Part shown: in pieces, positions 18,632-33,475 of the stretch | Position numbering within the stretch: the first letter of the stretch is position 1 | How the letters are laid out: each line of letters opens with the position of its first letter | From: an uncultured Desulfosarcina sp. | Lineage (GTDB): Bacteria; Desulfobacterota; Desulfobacteria; Desulfobacterales; Desulfosarcinaceae | Direction of reading: 5' to 3' | NCBI GenBank assembly: GCA_963674945.2 | Contig: CAXXWQ010000004.1 | Coordinates: 1,824,001 to 1,888,000, forward strand | DNA length: 64,000 nt | Made by a program: the position numbers and the translations under genes | The notes under the pieces: model-generated | Database searches by the model: none | What the model was told of the DNA's origin: nothing | The model's input: only the letters and a program-made list of their open reading frames with translations

Positions 18632-19261
18632 TTATTTCGAGTAGAGTTCGACAATCAATTGTTCCTGCATGGGTAGTGTAAGGTCTTCGCGAACGGGGAA
18701 GCTTTTGATTTCGCCCTTGAAATTCTCTTTTTCGACGGTAATCCACTGGGGCATGCCTCTTCGTACCACTGCATCCAAGGAGTCTACGATGGCTTGCACT
18801 TTTCGGCTCTTTTCTGCAACTTCCACGGTGTCACCGATTTTCACCAGAAAAGAAGGAATATTGACACGCTCTCCATTGACGAGAAAGTGATTGTGCCTGA
18901 CAAAATGGCGTCCCTGGGTTCTGGAGTTGGCAAATCCAAGGCGGTATACGACATTGTCAAGACGGCGCTCCAGAAGAACCAAGAGGTTCGTACCGGTGAT
19001 TCCCTTTTGCCGGTCGGCCTTGTTAAAGAACAGCCGGAACTGTTTTTCAGACAGACCGTAGGTGTTTTTCACCTTCTGCTTTTCACGGAGCTGAATCCCG
19101 TAATCGGAAGGTTTTCCTCTCCGCCGTTGACCGTGTTGACCGGGAGCGTATCCCCTCCGGTCGAAGGCACATTTATCGGAGTAGCAGCGGTCTCCTTTTA
19201 GGAACAATTTCATATTTTCACGTCTGCAAATCCTACAGACGGATCCTCTGTATCGTGCCAA
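18632..19261 (-). CDS. rpsD: 30S ribosomal protein S4 (CxxC type)
   Basis: [27 protein letters not shown]. Confidence 0.98.
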   Translation of the reverse strand: MARYRGSVCRICRRENMKLFLKGDRCYSDKCAFDRRGYAPGQHGQRRRGKPSDYGIQLREKQKVKNTYGLSEKQFRLFFNKADRQKGITGTNLLVLLERRLDNVVYRLGFANSRTQGRHFVRHNHFLVNGERVNIPSFLVKIGDTVEVAEKSRKVQAIVDSLDAVVRRGMPQWITVEKENFKGEIKSFPVREDLTLPMQEQLIVELYSK

Positions 19262-19336
19262 TATCGTCCTCCTTTACCATCAGACCGGCAGATGGTGCAG
19301 ATTGGTTCTTGTATATAACATCGACGGATTCTTTGT

Positions 19337-19723
19337 TCATACCCGCCTTCGTTTCGGGGGTCTGCATCCGTTGTGGGGGATAGGCGTCACATCCTTGATC
19401 ATGGAGATGGTGAAACCAGCAGCCTGAAGCGCGCGAAGGGCGGATTCCCTCCCGGAGCCGGGCCCCTTCACGAAGACCTCCACCGTCCTCATCCCGTGTT
19501 CCATGGCTTTCTTCGCAGCATCCTCGGCAGTCAACTGTGCAGCAAACGGTGTGCTTTTTCGAGATCCTTTGAAGCCGTGGATACCGGAACTGGACCATGA
19601 AATAACGTTTCCCATTGCGTCGGTGATGGTGACAATCGTATTGTTGAACGTAGATTGAATGTGTACGACGCCACTGGAAATGTTCTTTTTTTCTTTCTTT
19701 TTCGTCTTGGTTTTTCTTGGCAT
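19337..19723 (-). CDS. rpsK: 30S ribosomal protein S11
   Basis: [27 protein letters not shown]. Confidence 0.98.
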   Translation of the reverse strand: MPRKTKTKKKEKKNISSGVVHIQSTFNNTIVTITDAMGNVISWSSSGIHGFKGSRKSTPFAAQLTAEDAAKKAMEHGMRTVEVFVKGPGSGRESALRALQAAGFTISMIKDVTPIPHNGCRPPKRRRV

Positions 19724-19747
19724 TTATTTCGTCCTGAAAAGTATGGA

Positions 19748-20116
19748 TTACTTTTTCTTCTTGATGGCGGATCGTTTCGGTCCTTTTCGGGTACGGGCGT
19801 TTGTGCTGGTCCGTTGGCCATGGACCGGCAAAGATCGCCTGTGACGGAGGCCACGATAGCAACCAAGATCCATGAGCCGTTTGATATTCATGGACACTTC
19901 GGTTCGAAGCTCACCTTCTACCTTGTATTCACCATCGATCACCTTGCGAATACTGTTGATTTCAGCCTCGGAAAGATCGTCCGTGTTGGTGTTCGGATCA
20001 ATATTCAGCTTGCCAAGGATTTTATTGGAAGTGGTTCGTCCGATACCGTAGATATAGGTCAGACCGATTTCTATCCGTTTACGCCTAGGTAAGTCTACAC
20101 CTGCGATTCTTGCCAA
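19748..20116 (-). CDS. rpsM: 30S ribosomal protein S13
   Basis: [23 protein letters not shown]. Confidence 0.98.
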   Translation of the reverse strand: MARIAGVDLPRRKRIEIGLTYIYGIGRTTSNKILGKLNIDPNTNTDDLSEAEINSIRKVIDGEYKVEGELRTEVSMNIKRLMDLGCYRGLRHRRSLPVHGQRTSTNARTRKGPKRSAIKKKK

Positions 20117-20129
20117 AGTTCAACCTCCT

Positions 20130-20243
20130 CTACCCTTGCCTTTGTTTGTGTCGTTTGTTTTCACAGATTACACGAACGGTACCTCTGCGTTTGATGATTT
20201 TGCATTTGCTGCAAATTTTCTTAACGGATGCTCTGACCTTCAT
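20130..20243 (-). CDS. rpmJ: 50S ribosomal protein L36 (not in the ORF track)
   Basis: Hand translation: [37 protein letters not shown]. Confidence 0.97.
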   Translation of the reverse strand: MKVRASVKKICSKCKIIKRRGTVRVICENKRHKQRQG

Positions 20244-20291
20244 TTTCTACTCCTTGTTGCCGCACAAAATGATGAACGCAATGTATTGGCA

Positions 20292-20510
20292 CTATTTTGA
20301 GCGATAAGTGATACGTCCCCGTGTCAGGTCGTAGGGTGATAACTCCACCGTGACCGTATCACCGGGTAAAATTTTAATAAAATGCATTCTCATTTTTCCG
20401 GAGATATGCGCAAGGACCTGGTGCTTGTTTTCCAGTTCAACCTTAAACATGGCGTTCGGCAACGTCTCCAAAACGACGCCTTCTACTTTGATTGCCTCTT
20501 CCTTGGGCAT
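20292..20510 (-). CDS. infA: Translation initiation factor IF-1
   Basis: [33 protein letters not shown]. Confidence 0.98.
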   Translation of the reverse strand: MPKEEAIKVEGVVLETLPNAMFKVELENKHQVLAHISGKMRMHFIKILPGDTVTVELSPYDLTRGRITYRSK

Positions 20511-20582
20511 TTACTTCTCCTGCTCGAAAGTTTATGTATTCTCCAATGGGTGCTTCAGATTTCTTTCGTCCGTTTGTGGTCA

Positions 20583-21893
<1,311 letters not shown>

Positions 21894-21895
21894 TT

Positions 21896-22336
21896 TCAGA
21901 TGACCTCTATCTTTCCGCCAGCGGCTTCGATCTTCTGTTTCGCGCTCTCACTGGCTTTATTGACGCGTACCGTTACCGGGATCGAAACCTCGCCCTGGCC
22001 GAGGATCTTGATTCCGTCCCGCTCGCCTTTCACCAGCCCGGTCTTTATCAGTGCAACTTCGTCTACGACCGCCTCGGCTTCGAAACAATTGAGATCCTTG
22101 ACATTAACAATCGCAAAAATCTTCCGGAACCTGTTTTTAAAACCTCGCTTGGGAAGCCTGCGATGGATGGGCATCTGACCACCCTCAAAACCGGGACGAA
22201 CGCCTCCGCCGGACCGGGCATTGTGACCTTTGTTTCCGCGCCCGGCCGTTTTTCCCCATCCAGAGGCAACCCCCCGGCCGACACGCTTTCTTTTTTTTCG
22301 ATGGCCCTGTTCCGGTGCCAATTCGTTAAGTCTCAT
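21896..22336 (-). CDS. rplO: 50S ribosomal protein L15
   Basis: [16 protein letters not shown]. Confidence 0.98.
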   Translation of the reverse strand: MRLNELAPEQGHRKKRKRVGRGVASGWGKTAGRGNKGHNARSGGGVRPGFEGGQMPIHRRLPKRGFKNRFRKIFAIVNVKDLNCFEAEAVVDEVALIKTGLVKGERDGIKILGQGEVSIPVTVRVNKASESAKQKIEAAGGKIEVI

Positions 22337-22339
22337 CGA

Positions 22340-22522
22340 TCATTTCTCCTCGAATGCAACCAGATGGGATACCTTTGCAACCATTCCCCTGGTGGACGGA
22401 GTGTCTTTCATTTCGACAGTACGATTCATTTTGGTCAGGCCCATTGCCCGAAGCACCTTGCGATGTTTCTCCGGCCGACCAATCATGCTCTTGATCAATT
22501 TTACCTTCAACGTTCCACTCAT
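22340..22522 (-). CDS. rpmD: 50S ribosomal protein L30
   Basis: Sequence and position in the spc operon. Confidence 0.96.
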   Translation of the reverse strand: MSGTLKVKLIKSMIGRPEKHRKVLRAMGLTKMNRTVEMKDTPSTRGMVAKVSHLVAFEEK

Positions 22523-22528
22523 CGTTTC

Positions 22529-23032
22529 TTATCCTTGTTGCAGATCCTGGACGGAAATTCCACGCCTGGCGGCAACGGATTCGACACTTTCAAGCTGTTT
22601 GAGTCCATCGATGGTTGCCTTCACGACATTGTGGGGATTGTTGGTGCCCATGCATTTGGTCAAAATGTTTTGTACCCCTACGGCCTCGAGAACGGCACGA
22701 ACCGCACCCCCTGCAATGACGCCGGTTCCTTCGGAAGCAGGTTTTAACATCACACGACCGGCACCATATTTTCCAATCACCTTGTAGGGAAGGGTTCCTT
22801 CCGTCAAAGGAACCTTGACCATGGTCTTTTTTGCTTTCTCCACACCCTTGCGAATGGCTTCCGGTACTTCTCCGGCCTTTCCGAGTCCGTAACCGACGCT
22901 GCCTTCGCCATCACCAACGACGACGATGGCGCTGAAGCTGAAGCGCCTACCCCCCTTGACCACCTTTGCTACACGGCTGATATGGACGACCTTATCGATC
23001 AGTTGGTTCTCTTCTGTATCTTGCTTGTACAA
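22529..23032 (-). CDS. rpsE: 30S ribosomal protein S5
   Basis: [22 protein letters not shown]. Confidence 0.98.
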   Translation of the reverse strand: MYKQDTEENQLIDKVVHISRVAKVVKGGRRFSFSAIVVVGDGEGSVGYGLGKAGEVPEAIRKGVEKAKKTMVKVPLTEGTLPYKVIGKYGAGRVMLKPASEGTGVIAGGAVRAVLEAVGVQNILTKCMGTNNPHNVVKATIDGLKQLESVESVAARRGISVQDLQQG

Positions 23033-23059
23033 GGGGCTACCTCCTTACTTACATAAAAA

Positions 23060-23428
23060 CTAGAAATCCAGGCCCGCCTCACGGGCCCCATCGGATAAGG
23101 CTTTGATACGTCCATGGTATAAGAATCCGTTGCGGTCAAAGACAACCTTTTTTACACCTTTGTCCATGGCACGCTGGGCGAGCAGCTTTCCGGTGAATTG
23201 AGCCTTGGCAACCTTGCTTTCGAAGGGCGGCTGTTCCTTCACTGCTTTTTCGTTGCTGCATGCGGCCACGATCGTTCTTCCCGTCGTATCATCGATAATC
23301 TGACCATAGATATGCTTGGCGCTCCGGTATACGGAAAGCCGGGGTCTTTCGGCCGTACTGACAATCTTTTTTCGGACGCGTCTTTTTCGTTTCAACCAGA
23401 TAATTTTCTTTTCGTTGCGAAAACTCAT
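23060..23428 (-). CDS. rplR: 50S ribosomal protein L18
   Basis: RPRLSVYRS, VVFDRNGFLYHGR. Confidence 0.98.
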   Translation of the reverse strand: MSFRNEKKIIWLKRKRRVRKKIVSTAERPRLSVYRSAKHIYGQIIDDTTGRTIVAACSNEKAVKEQPPFESKVAKAQFTGKLLAQRAMDKGVKKVVFDRNGFLYHGRIKALSDGAREAGLDF

Positions 23429-23495
23429 TTTCCAGTCCTTTGCCTGCGTTGGTTAAGCGGCCGGCAGCGTTTGAAATCTTTAAATCTAACGTTCA

Positions 23496-24035
23496 TTATT
23501 TGGTGCCGGTTTTACCGGCTTTACGCTGAATGTGCTCTTCGGCGTATTTTATCCCTTTCCCCTTGTAAGGCTCAGGGGGCCTGAGTTTTCGAAGGGAAGC
23601 GGCGGTCTCTCCCAGCTTTTCCTTGTCGATCCCGCTGAGTTTGATCACATTGTTCTTATCCACCGTTGCCTCGATACCGTCCGGAAGCGGAAAGTCGATG
23701 GGATGGGAATATCCGAGATTCAGAAGGATCGATTTTCCCTTCATTTCAGCTCTGTACCCGATGCCATTGATCTCCAGGGTCCGATCGAATCCATTGCTGA
23801 CACCGACGACCATATTCGAAACGAGACTTCTCGTGAGTCCTTGAAGGGATCTGGATTTTCGATCCTGATTTTCGATGACCACGGAAATTTCGTTATCCTT
23901 GATGGAAAGATCCACCGAAGAGTGTATGGTTCGACGCAAGGTTCCCTTCTGTCCCTTGACCACCAGCTCTCGATTCTTGTAATCGACGCTGATCTTTTCG
24001 GGAATGACGATCACTTTTTTGCCTACACGAGACAT
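23496..24035 (-). CDS. rplF: 50S ribosomal protein L6
   Basis: MSRVGK, RPPEPYKGKGIKY. Confidence 0.98.
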   Translation of the reverse strand: MSRVGKKVIVIPEKISVDYKNRELVVKGQKGTLRRTIHSSVDLSIKDNEISVVIENQDRKSRSLQGLTRSLVSNMVVGVSNGFDRTLEINGIGYRAEMKGKSILLNLGYSHPIDFPLPDGIEATVDKNNVIKLSGIDKEKLGETAASLRKLRPPEPYKGKGIKYAEEHIQRKAGKTGTK

Positions 24036-24119
24036 TTATCACACCTCATTATTCCAAAATTACCAACGATCAGAAGACTCTCCTGATTCGCGAAGACGGT
24101 TCACCGCGTGTTCATTTTA

Positions 24120-24512
24120 TTACCAAACCGTGCAAAGTATCTCGCCACCGATGTTTTTTTCCCTCGCCGCATTGTCCGTCATCACCCCCTTGGAGGTGGA
24201 CATGATGGCAATGCCCAAACCGTTATATACGGGCATAACGGATTTTGCATCGAGATAGGTTCGGCGACTGGGTTTGCTCACCCGTTCGATGCGAAGAATG
24301 GTATGGTCTTGGGTTCCGGTGTATTTAAGGTAGACACGAAGGATGCCCTGCCTTCCATCTTTCATAAATTTATAATTTCGAATGTAGCCGGTTTCCTTAA
24401 GAACCCTGGCGATCTCAGTCTTGATATTCGATCCGGGAATGTCCACACTGTTGTGTTTGGCCTTCCCGGCGTTTCTGATTCGGGTTAACATGTCGGCAAT
24501 CGGATCGCTCAT
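24120..24512 (-). CDS. rpsH: 30S ribosomal protein S8
   Basis: [21 protein letters not shown]. Confidence 0.98.
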   Translation of the reverse strand: MSDPIADMLTRIRNAGKAKHNSVDIPGSNIKTEIARVLKETGYIRNYKFMKDGRQGILRVYLKYTGTQDHTILRIERVSKPSRRTYLDAKSVMPVYNGLGIAIMSTSKGVMTDNAAREKNIGGEILCTVW

Positions 24513-24557
24513 CGCTATTTCCTACCCATAAGATGATAGTTATTCATAAATGTGTGG

Positions 24558-24743
24558 TTACCAACTGGACTTGACGACACCGGGAAGTCTTCCCCGGGAA
24601 GCCAGATTGCGAAAGCAGATTCGGCAAATGCCAAACTTTCGGATGAACCCCCGCGGTCTTCCGCAGATCGGACACCGGTTGTAGGCACGGACGCTGAATT
24701 TCGGTTTTCTTTTTGCCTTTTCTCTCAGTGATGTTTTCGCCAC
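24558..24743 (-). CDS. rpsN: 30S ribosomal protein S14, zinc-binding type Z
   Basis: [15 protein letters not shown], 61 aa. Confidence 0.97.
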   Translation of the reverse strand: MAKTSLREKAKRKPKFSVRAYNRCPICGRPRGFIRKFGICRICFRNLASRGRLPGVVKSSW

Positions 24744-24772
24744 GTAATTCTCCTTGTAACCACAAGACGGTA

Positions 24773-25312
24773 TTAGTTCTTGAATGGCATCCCCATGAGC
24801 TTGAGAAGCACTTTTCCTTCTTCGTTGGTTTTTGCCGTCGTTACGATGCAGACGTTCAACCCTTTGATCTTGTCGATTTTGTCGTAATCGATCTCTGGGA
24901 ATATCAGCTGCTCCTTGATACCGAGGGAATAGTTTCCATGGCCATCGAAGGCTTTGCCGGAAATACCTCTGAAGTCACGAACACGGGGTAGTGCCACGTT
25001 GACCAACTTGTTGAGAAAGTCATACATCCGGCTTTTTCGCAAGGTGACCATGCACCCGATGGGCATTCCCGCACGCAATTTGAAAGCGGCGATGGATTTT
25101 TTGGCCCTGGTGACAACCGGTTGCTGGCCGGAAATTTGCCGGAGTTCTTCGACGGCCGAATCGATAATCTTAATGTTGTGGATGGCCTCTCCGAGTCCCA
25201 TGTTGATGATGACCTTTTCGATCTTGGGCACTTGCATGGGATTTTTATACTTGAAGGTTTCCTTCAGTTTCGGCACCACCGTCTCATCGTAGTGAGTTTT
25301 GAGCTGTGACAT
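24773..25312 (-). CDS. rplE: 50S ribosomal protein L5
   Basis: [19 protein letters not shown]. Confidence 0.98.
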   Translation of the reverse strand: MSQLKTHYDETVVPKLKETFKYKNPMQVPKIEKVIINMGLGEAIHNIKIIDSAVEELRQISGQQPVVTRAKKSIAAFKLRAGMPIGCMVTLRKSRMYDFLNKLVNVALPRVRDFRGISGKAFDGHGNYSLGIKEQLIFPEIDYDKIDKIKGLNVCIVTTAKTNEEGKVLLKLMGMPFKN

Positions 25313-25347
25313 CTTATTCCTCCGACCGCCTTATTCTTGCATCGGTC

Positions 25348-25677
25348 CTACGCATCAATGATTTCATTGCATTTTCTGCAGACACGAACTTTTTTTCCGT
25401 CTTCCAAGATTTTCATCTTCACCCGTACCGGTTCGATGCACTTGTTGCACATCAACATGACGTTGGACCAGTGAATATACGCCTCGCTCTCCAAAATGCC
25501 GCCTTGACGATTGCTCATGCTTGGTTTCGTATGCCGTTTTACGATGTTGATGTTCTCTACGATAAGACGGTTCTTCTTCGCATTTATCTTCAGGACCTTG
25601 CCGACCTTGCCCTTGTCTTTGCCGGCGATGACCTTCACTTTGTCATCTTTTTTGATCTCTATGGAATCTTTTACCAT
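25348..25677 (-). CDS. rplX: 50S ribosomal protein L24
   Basis: [17 protein letters not shown]; start re-assigned to ATG 25677. Confidence 0.96.
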   Translation of the reverse strand: MVKDSIEIKKDDKVKVIAGKDKGKVGKVLKINAKKNRLIVENINIVKRHTKPSMSNRQGGILESEAYIHWSNVMLMCNKCIEPVRVKMKILEDGKKVRVCRKCNEIIDA

Positions 25678-25708
25678 TTCATTTTCTCCACGACCGCGAA
25701 CCTGACGG

Positions 25709-26077
25709 TTACAGCACCTCGGGTGCAAGGGAAACGATTTTCATGAATCGCTTGGCACGAAGCTCACGGGCAACCGGTCCAAAGATTCGCGTTCCCAGGG
25801 GTTCGCGCTGGTTGTTGATCAGTACGGCAGAGTTGTCATCAAAACGGATATATGAACCATCGGGTCGACGGATCTCCTTTTTGGTCCGGACCACGACGGC
25901 CCGCAAGACATCGCCTTTTTTTACCTTGGCATTGGGAATCGCCTCTTTGACCGTAACAACGATAATGTCTCCGATTCCCGCGTATCTTCTTTTGGAGCCA
26001 CCCAAGACCTTGATACAGTTCAGTGAGCGCGCGCCAGAATTATCCGCCACCGTTAATTTTGTTTCGGCCTGAATCAT
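25709..26077 (-). CDS. rplN: 50S ribosomal protein L14
   Basis: [19 protein letters not shown]. Confidence 0.98.
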   Translation of the reverse strand: MIQAETKLTVADNSGARSLNCIKVLGGSKRRYAGIGDIIVVTVKEAIPNAKVKKGDVLRAVVVRTKKEIRRPDGSYIRFDDNSAVLINNQREPLGTRIFGPVARELRAKRFMKIVSLAPEVL

Positions 26078-26095
26078 TTTTATCGTCCTTGTTCG

Positions 26096-26353
26096 CTATA
26101 CGGCTTTTTCGATAATGTCGGTGACACGCCACCGTTTGTGTTTGCTAATGGGCCGAGATTCGGTGATCAGCACCTTGTCTCCGATGCCACAGCTGTTTTC
26201 TTTATCATGGGCGGCAAATTTGTTTCGTCTTCGAATGTACTTTTTGTATAAGGGATGCTTCACCAGCCGTTCGACTTCTACGACGGCGGTTCTGTCCATC
26301 TTGTCGCTGACCACGGTTCCGATGAGTTGTCTTCTCATTCCTCGATTTTTCAT
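26096..26353 (-). CDS. rpsQ: 30S ribosomal protein S17
   Basis: [16 protein letters not shown]. Confidence 0.98.
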   Translation of the reverse strand: MKNRGMRRQLIGTVVSDKMDRTAVVEVERLVKHPLYKKYIRRRNKFAAHDKENSCGIGDKVLITESRPISKHKRWRVTDIIEKAV

Positions 26354-26362
26354 GACCGTATC

Positions 26363-26566
26363 TTAGTCTTCGTTTTGGGGTTTTGTTTTTTCGTTCAAAA
26401 TGGTTTTCAGCCTGGCGATCTCTTTCTTGGTCGTCCCGATCTTCCTGGGGTTCTCCAATTGCCCGATTTCATGCTGAAAACGAAGATTGAACAGGGATTC
26501 TTTCAGGTCGACGACCTTTTGCTGAATCTCATCGACACTGAGGTCTCTGACTTCACTCGCTTTCAT
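26363..26566 (-). CDS. rpmC: 50S ribosomal protein L29
   Basis: LFNLRFQ..GQLEN..IARLKT. Confidence 0.97.
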   Translation of the reverse strand: MKASEVRDLSVDEIQQKVVDLKESLFNLRFQHEIGQLENPRKIGTTKKEIARLKTILNEKTKPQNED

Positions 26567-26979
26567 TGTAAATCGCTCCTCTCCACGAACCGGGTCTTGA
26601 TGGGAAGCTTATGGGCTGCGAGGCGCAACGCCTCCCTGGCCATTTCCCGGCTGACGCCGGTCATCTCGTAAAGTATGCGACCGGGACGAATGACGGCGAC
26701 CCAGCCTTCGGGTGCGCCCTTGCCCTTACCCATACGAACTTCGGCGGGCTTCTTCGTATAGGGCTTGTCGGGAAACAATCGAATCCAGATCTTCCCGCCT
26801 CTTTTAACGTGTCGTGTCATGGCAATACGCGCTGCTTCAATCTGTTTGGAACTGATTTTGCCGCAATCGACGGCCTGAAGTCCGAACTCGCCGAAGTTCA
26901 GATTACTTCCCCTGTAGGCAGCACCTTTCATCCTGCCTTTTTGTTGCTTTCGAAATTTTACCTTCTTCGGGCTGAGCAT
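26563..26979 (-). CDS. rplP: 50S ribosomal protein L16
   Basis: QIEAAR, RMGKGKG. Confidence 0.98.
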   Translation of the reverse strand: MLSPKKVKFRKQQKGRMKGAAYRGSNLNFGEFGLQAVDCGKISSKQIEAARIAMTRHVKRGGKIWIRLFPDKPYTKKPAEVRMGKGKGAPEGWVAVIRPGRILYEMTGVSREMAREALRLAAHKLPIKTRFVERSDLQ

Positions 26980-26997
26980 TTCCTGTCTCCCACAAGC

Positions 26998-27648
26998 CTA
27001 AGCGTTGATTTCGGCCGTATCCTTATTGAGAATTTCTCCATGGAACACGAATACCTTGATGCCGATAATACCATACGTCGTTCGCGCTTCGGTAATTCCA
27101 TAATCGATATCGGCCCTTAGCGTATGCAGGGGCACGCGCCCTTCCCGGTACCACTCCGTACGCGCCATCTCCGCACCGCCGAGACGACCCGAGCAGATGA
27201 TTTTCACCCCTTGGGCGCCAAACCGCATGGCCGACGAGACACCCCGTTTCATGGCCCTTCGAAAGGCGACACGACGTTCAATCTGCATTGCCACGTTCTC
27301 GGCTACCAACTGGGCATCCACCTCCGGCTTGCGAATCTCCTGAATGTCGATCAACACTTCCTGGCTGACGCGACCTTCGAGGGAATTTTTCAGTTTCTCA
27401 ATTTCAGAACCTTTTTTCCCAATGACGATTCCGGGACGAGCGGTGAAGATCCGAAGTCTAACCCTTCTGGTGGATCGTTCGATTTCTATTTTTGCGACGC
27501 CGGCGTGGTGCAACTTCTTCTTGATGAACTCGCGGATCTGATAGTCCTCAAAAATATAATCGGCATATTTTTTGCCGGCAAACCACCGGGATTCCCAGGT
27601 TTTAACGATTCCTAACCGTAACGATATAGGGTTGACTTTCTGGCCCAA
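26998..27648 (-). CDS. rpsC: 30S ribosomal protein S3
   Basis: [27 protein letters not shown]. Confidence 0.98.
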   Translation of the reverse strand: MGQKVNPISLRLGIVKTWESRWFAGKKYADYIFEDYQIREFIKKKLHHAGVAKIEIERSTRRVRLRIFTARPGIVIGKKGSEIEKLKNSLEGRVSQEVLIDIQEIRKPEVDAQLVAENVAMQIERRVAFRRAMKRGVSSAMRFGAQGVKIICSGRLGGAEMARTEWYREGRVPLHTLRADIDYGITEARTTYGIIGIKVFVFHGEILNKDTAEINA

Positions 27649-27664
27649 GCTGATTTCCTCCTTA

Positions 27665-28003
27665 TTATACCAAACTTTCGGCTAACACGACGGTGATATG
27701 CGCGGTTCTTTTGATGATGCGCGCCCCTCTTCCCCTGGCCCTCGCCCGGAACCGTTTCATGGACGGCCCCTGATCGACGATAAGATTCCTGACAAACAGG
27801 TCGTCTACGTCAATACTCGTGTTCTGATCCGCATTGGCGACGGCGGAGCGAACGATCTTTTCGACGATCCCGGCAGATTTCTGCGGCATGAACTTGAGGG
27901 CGTTGATCGCTTCTTCCGCCGGTTTTCCTTTTATGGCATCGGCGATCATTCTGACCTTTTGCGGCGAAATCCGAACATATCGCTGTTTCGCTATGACCTC
28001 CAT
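27665..28003 (-). CDS. rplV: 50S ribosomal protein L22
   Basis: [13 protein letters not shown]. Confidence 0.98.
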   Translation of the reverse strand: MEVIAKQRYVRISPQKVRMIADAIKGKPAEEAINALKFMPQKSAGIVEKIVRSAVANADQNTSIDVDDLFVRNLIVDQGPSMKRFRARARGRGARIIKRTAHITVVLAESLV

Positions 28004-28020
28004 TTCGGGCCTTCCTTTTC

Positions 28021-28302
28021 TTATCTTTTAACTTTGGACTTTCTATCCGCTGCATGCCCGTAGTAGGTCCGCGTCGGAGAAAACTCACCCAGTTTGTGGC
28101 CGACCATGTTTTCCGTAACAAATACGGGAATAAACTTTCTACCGTTGTGAACGGCCAGGGTGATGCCGACCATTTCCGGTAAGATGGTCGACCTTCGGGA
28201 CCATGTCTTGATTACCTGGTTGCTGCGCGCCCCTTGCGCCGCTTCAACTTTTTTCAACAGTTTTTCTTCGACGAAAGGGCCCTTTTTTAACGAGCGTGGC
28301 AT
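28021..28302 (-). CDS. rpsS: 30S ribosomal protein S19
   Basis: [19 protein letters not shown]. Confidence 0.98.
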   Translation of the reverse strand: MPRSLKKGPFVEEKLLKKVEAAQGARSNQVIKTWSRRSTILPEMVGITLAVHNGRKFIPVFVTENMVGHKLGEFSPTRTYYGHAADRKSKVKR

Positions 28303-28353
28303 GTTGTCTCCTGCGATGAAATCCGTTTCGATCTTACTTTTAAAAAACCTTAA

Positions 28354-29181
28354 CTATTTGGTGCGCCGTTTGACGATGTATCGGTCCGTACGTTTGTTTT
28401 TCCGGGTCCGATACCCCTTGGTCGGGACCCCCCAGGGGGAACACGGGTGTCGACCACCCGAACTGCGGCCCTCACCACCACCCATTGGATGGTCCACCGG
28501 GTTCATGGCCACACCGCGGACCTTGGGACGACGTCCCTTCCAACGGTTTCTTCCCGCCTTGCCCAGGTGAACGTTTTCATGGGTGACGTTCCCCAGTTGC
28601 CCGATGGTCGCCTTGCATTTGAGCAGCACCATCCGTACCTCACCGGAGGGCAGCTTCACCAGGGCGTATCGATCTTCCTTTGCCATCAGCTGTGCAAATG
28701 TCCCGGCACTGCGAACGATCTGACCGCCTTTGCCCAGTCGCAATTCGATGTTGTGAATATGCGTACCCAGCGGAATGTTGGCCAGGGGCAGGGCGTTTCC
28801 CGGTTGAATGTCCGCTTCGGGTCCGGACATGACCGTATCGCCGACACTGAGTTTGAGCGGAGCGATGATGTACCGCTTTTCACCGTCGGCGTAGTGCAGA
28901 AGAGCGATTCGGGCAGATCGGTTGGGATCGTACTCGATGGCGGTGACGTTGGCCGGGATGCCGTCTTTGTCCCGTTTGAAATCGATGATCCGGTAGTACC
29001 GCTTGTGCCCGCCTCCCCTTCGGCGACTGGTCACCCTGCCGGTGGCGTTCCTGCCACCGCTCTTCTTGATGATCCGGACCAGGCTTTTTTCCGGTGTCGT
29101 CTTGGTAATTTCATCGAATTCGGCGTAGTTTTGAAAACGCCGTCCCGGGCTGGTGGGCTTTACCTTTTTGATTGCCATCAT
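28354..29181 (-). CDS. rplB: 50S ribosomal protein L2
   Basis: [22 protein letters not shown]. Confidence 0.98.
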   Translation of the reverse strand: MMAIKKVKPTSPGRRFQNYAEFDEITKTTPEKSLVRIIKKSGGRNATGRVTSRRRGGGHKRYYRIIDFKRDKDGIPANVTAIEYDPNRSARIALLHYADGEKRYIIAPLKLSVGDTVMSGPEADIQPGNALPLANIPLGTHIHNIELRLGKGGQIVRSAGTFAQLMAKEDRYALVKLPSGEVRMVLLKCKATIGQLGNVTHENVHLGKAGRNRWKGRRPKVRGVAMNPVDHPMGGGEGRSSGGRHPCSPWGVPTKGYRTRKNKRTDRYIVKRRTK

Positions 29182-29197
29182 CTAACTCCTAAACGTT

Positions 29198-29485
29198 CTA
29201 TACACCTTCAAAAAAATCGATCCGTTCACCGGGCATCAGGGTCACGATGGCCTTTTTCCAGTCCTTGCGCTTGCCCAGAATTCGACCCCGCCGTTTCACC
29301 TTTCCCTTGACCTGTACCGTACGCGTCTTTAAGACCTTCACCTTGAAAATCGTTTCGATGGCCCGAGCGATTTCGACACGGTTTGCACGTTTGTCGACTT
29401 CGAAGGAGATCTGGTTGAAATCCTCTTTCTGAATGCTGGTCTTCTCCGTGATGACGGGTCGTTTGATAATGTCGTAAGGAGTCAT
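29198..29485 (-). CDS. rplW: 50S ribosomal protein L23
   Basis: [14 protein letters not shown]. Confidence 0.97.
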   Translation of the reverse strand: MTPYDIIKRPVITEKTSIQKEDFNQISFEVDKRANRVEIARAIETIFKVKVLKTRTVQVKGKVKRRGRILGKRKDWKKAIVTLMPGERIDFFEGV

Positions 29486-30105
29486 CAGCGTAACCTCCCC
29501 TCTATTCCTTCGATGGCTGGCTGAAGAAGGATCAGCTTGGGATATTTCAGGATGTCCAAGACATTGATGCCCTGGGTCGGCAGGACCTTTACACCGGGGA
29601 TATTCCGGGAAGAAAGTTCCAGTCGTTCGTCCTTCTCTCCTGTTACGATCAATGCGCGCTGCGCATCTATCTTTTCGATAATGTCCGCGAACACCTTTGT
29701 CTTGATCTCGTCCAATGCGATTTTGTCGACGACGATCAATTCCTGATTTTGAACCTTGCTGCTCAAAGCCATCTTCAGGGCCAATTTGCGAACCTTTTTC
29801 AACACTTTTTTCGTATAATCCCTTGGACTGGGGCCGAAAATAACGCCGCCACCGCGAAGAAGCGGAGACTTGATATCCCCTTTTCTCGCCCTGCCCGTAC
29901 CTTTTTGCCGGTACAACTTGTGGCGGCTTCCCTTGACATCGGACCGACGTTTGACCGCTGCCGTTCCGGCCCGACTCGCGGCCATTTGTGCAGTGACGAC
30001 CTGGTGCAGGACGCTCTTTTTTACCGGTACATTGAAGATCGCGTCATTGAGATCCGCCTGCGATACGACCTCACCCGTCACGTTGATTACATCGACAACA
30101 GCCAT
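29485..30105 (-). CDS. rplD: 50S ribosomal protein L4
   Basis: [17 protein letters not shown]. Confidence 0.98.
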   Translation of the reverse strand: MAVVDVINVTGEVVSQADLNDAIFNVPVKKSVLHQVVTAQMAASRAGTAAVKRRSDVKGSRHKLYRQKGTGRARKGDIKSPLLRGGGVIFGPSPRDYTKKVLKKVRKLALKMALSSKVQNQELIVVDKIALDEIKTKVFADIIEKIDAQRALIVTGEKDERLELSSRNIPGVKVLPTQGINVLDILKYPKLILLQPAIEGIEGRLR

Positions 30106-30196
30106 ATTGTTCCTCGTCCGCTGCGCACCCTTTGCCCAGGTCGTCTTACGAAAAACGGTTTCCCTGACAAAAAGGTGGCTTGAAGTTCCTGCGAAT

Positions 30197-30826
30197 TTAC
30201 GCGTACAGGACTTTGTTAATCGTTACCAATTCCGAACGGCTACCGGGCACGGGGCCTTTCAGGAGAATGAGGTTCTCTTCGGGGCGGATATCGACGATTT
30301 CCATATTTCGAACCGTTTTGGTTTCCAGGCCGTATTGCCCCGGCATCCGTTTTCCCTTGATGACCTTTGAAGGCCAGGCACTGCACCCGATGGAACCGGG
30401 GACCCGATGGTTCTTACAGCCGTGGGTCTGTCGTCCGCCACCGAACCCATGACGTTTCATGACGCCGGAAAAACCGCGCCCCTTGGTCTTTCCCGTGACG
30501 TTCACCTTCTCGCCGACGGCAAATATTTCAGCACCTACCGTTTGCCCCAACGTATAAGCGTCGGGATCATCCACACCCACCTCTTTCAAGGTGGAAAAGC
30601 AACTTCCACCACTTTTTTGAAAGTGTCCCTTGAGTGGCTTGGTGGTATTTTTTTCCTTTTTGGTGCCGAATCCCAACTGGAGCGCTTTGTAACCATCCGT
30701 CTGGTCCTTTTTTATTTGCGTGACCACACAGGGGCCAACCTGCAAAACGGTGACGGGAACATACTGTCCGTTGGGTGCGAACACAGAGGTCATACCCAGT
30801 TTTTTTCCTATCAATCCTTTACACAT
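30197..30826 (-). CDS. rplC: 50S ribosomal protein L3
   Basis: GLIGKKLGMT, KGRGFSGVMKRH; start re-assigned to ATG 30826. Confidence 0.97.
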   Translation of the reverse strand: MCKGLIGKKLGMTSVFAPNGQYVPVTVLQVGPCVVTQIKKDQTDGYKALQLGFGTKKEKNTTKPLKGHFQKSGGSCFSTLKEVGVDDPDAYTLGQTVGAEIFAVGEKVNVTGKTKGRGFSGVMKRHGFGGGRQTHGCKNHRVPGSIGCSAWPSKVIKGKRMPGQYGLETKTVRNMEIVDIRPEENLILLKGPVPGSRSELVTINKVLYA

Positions 30827-30842
30827 CGTTACGAATCCCGTG

Positions 30843-31154
30843 TTACAGTTTGATCTCCACGTCGACACCGGGAGAAAGATCAAGCTTCATGAGCGCGTCT
30901 ACGGTTTGTTGCGTCGGCTCGAGAATATCGAGCAATCGCTTATGAGTCCGCATTTCGAACTGCTCCCGGGATTTTTTATCCACATGGGGCGAACGAAGGA
31001 CACAATATTTGTTGATTTTGGTCGGCAGTGGAATTGGCCCGACAACCTTTGCACCGGTTTTGCGCGCAGTGTCGAAAATATCGTTGGCCGATTGATCCAA
31101 AAGCTTATGATCATATGCCTTGAGCCGGATTCTGATCTTGGAGTTCATTATCAT
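30843..31154 (-). CDS. rpsJ: 30S ribosomal protein S10
   Basis: [24 protein letters not shown]. Confidence 0.98.
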   Translation of the reverse strand: MIMNSKIRIRLKAYDHKLLDQSANDIFDTARKTGAKVVGPIPLPTKINKYCVLRSPHVDKKSREQFEMRTHKRLLDILEPTQQTVDALMKLDLSPGVDVEIKL

Positions 31155-31171
31155 TGTTGTCGACTCTTTCT

Positions 31172-32365
<1,194 letters not shown>

Positions 32366-32491
32366 CTCCCGGTCCTCCTGTTTGCGGGGGGTATTACCCC
32401 AACAAGGCAAAAGGTTTTGATCTTCAGGCAGTCGGCAGACCTGAACGGTGTCCAAAACCCAATGCAGCTAAAATATGTAATAGGTAATTCG

Positions 32492-32965
<474 letters not shown>

Positions 32966-33001
32966 TCACACCATCATTCTTATATATGCAATATCCACCA
33001 A

Positions 33002-33373
33002 CTATTTGGGCCGTTTGGCGCCGTATTTCGAGCGCCCCTGCCGGCGGCCATCCACACCCAATGTATCCAACGTTCCGCGGACGATATGGTACCGGACACC
33101 GGGAAGGTCTTTGACACGTCCGCCCCGGACCAGAACCACGGAGTGTTCCTGAAGATTATGACCGATTCCGGGAATATAGGCCGTTACCTCGACACCGGTG
33201 GTCAGACGCACCCTGGCGACTTTCCGAAGCGCCGAGTTGGGCTTTTTGGGTGTTGAGGTATAAACACGGGTACACACCCCCCTTTTTTGCGGGGCACCCT
33301 TGAGCGCCGGGGTGGTTTTCTTTTTCAAGACCCGTTTTCGACCTTTTCGAACGAGTTGGTTGATTGTTGGCAT
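33002..33373 (-). CDS. rpsL: 30S ribosomal protein S12
   Basis: [21 protein letters not shown]. Confidence 0.99.
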   Translation of the reverse strand: MPTINQLVRKGRKRVLKKKTTPALKGAPQKRGVCTRVYTSTPKKPNSALRKVARVRLTTGVEVTAYIPGIGHNLQEHSVVLVRGGRVKDLPGVRYHIVRGTLDTLGVDGRRQGRSKYGAKRPK

Positions 33374-33430
33374 CGTAATCCCTTACACTGGTTTTATTTC
33401 GAATAATTTCCTTCGCGCACAGAAACTGGC

Positions 33431-33459
33431 TATATATCCCCTATCAATCTGTTTGTCAA
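33431..33459 (-). promoter_or_regulatory. Sigma70-type promoter for rpsL
   Basis: TTGACA-17 nt-TATATA on the minus strand. Confidence 0.65.
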
Positions 33460-33475
33460 TCCTTTTTCCACAGCA

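Noticed and set aside
32366..32455. 30-aa N-terminal extension of EF-Tu
   Set aside because: A strong AGGAGG precedes ATG 32365, and the second copy starts at the same Met.
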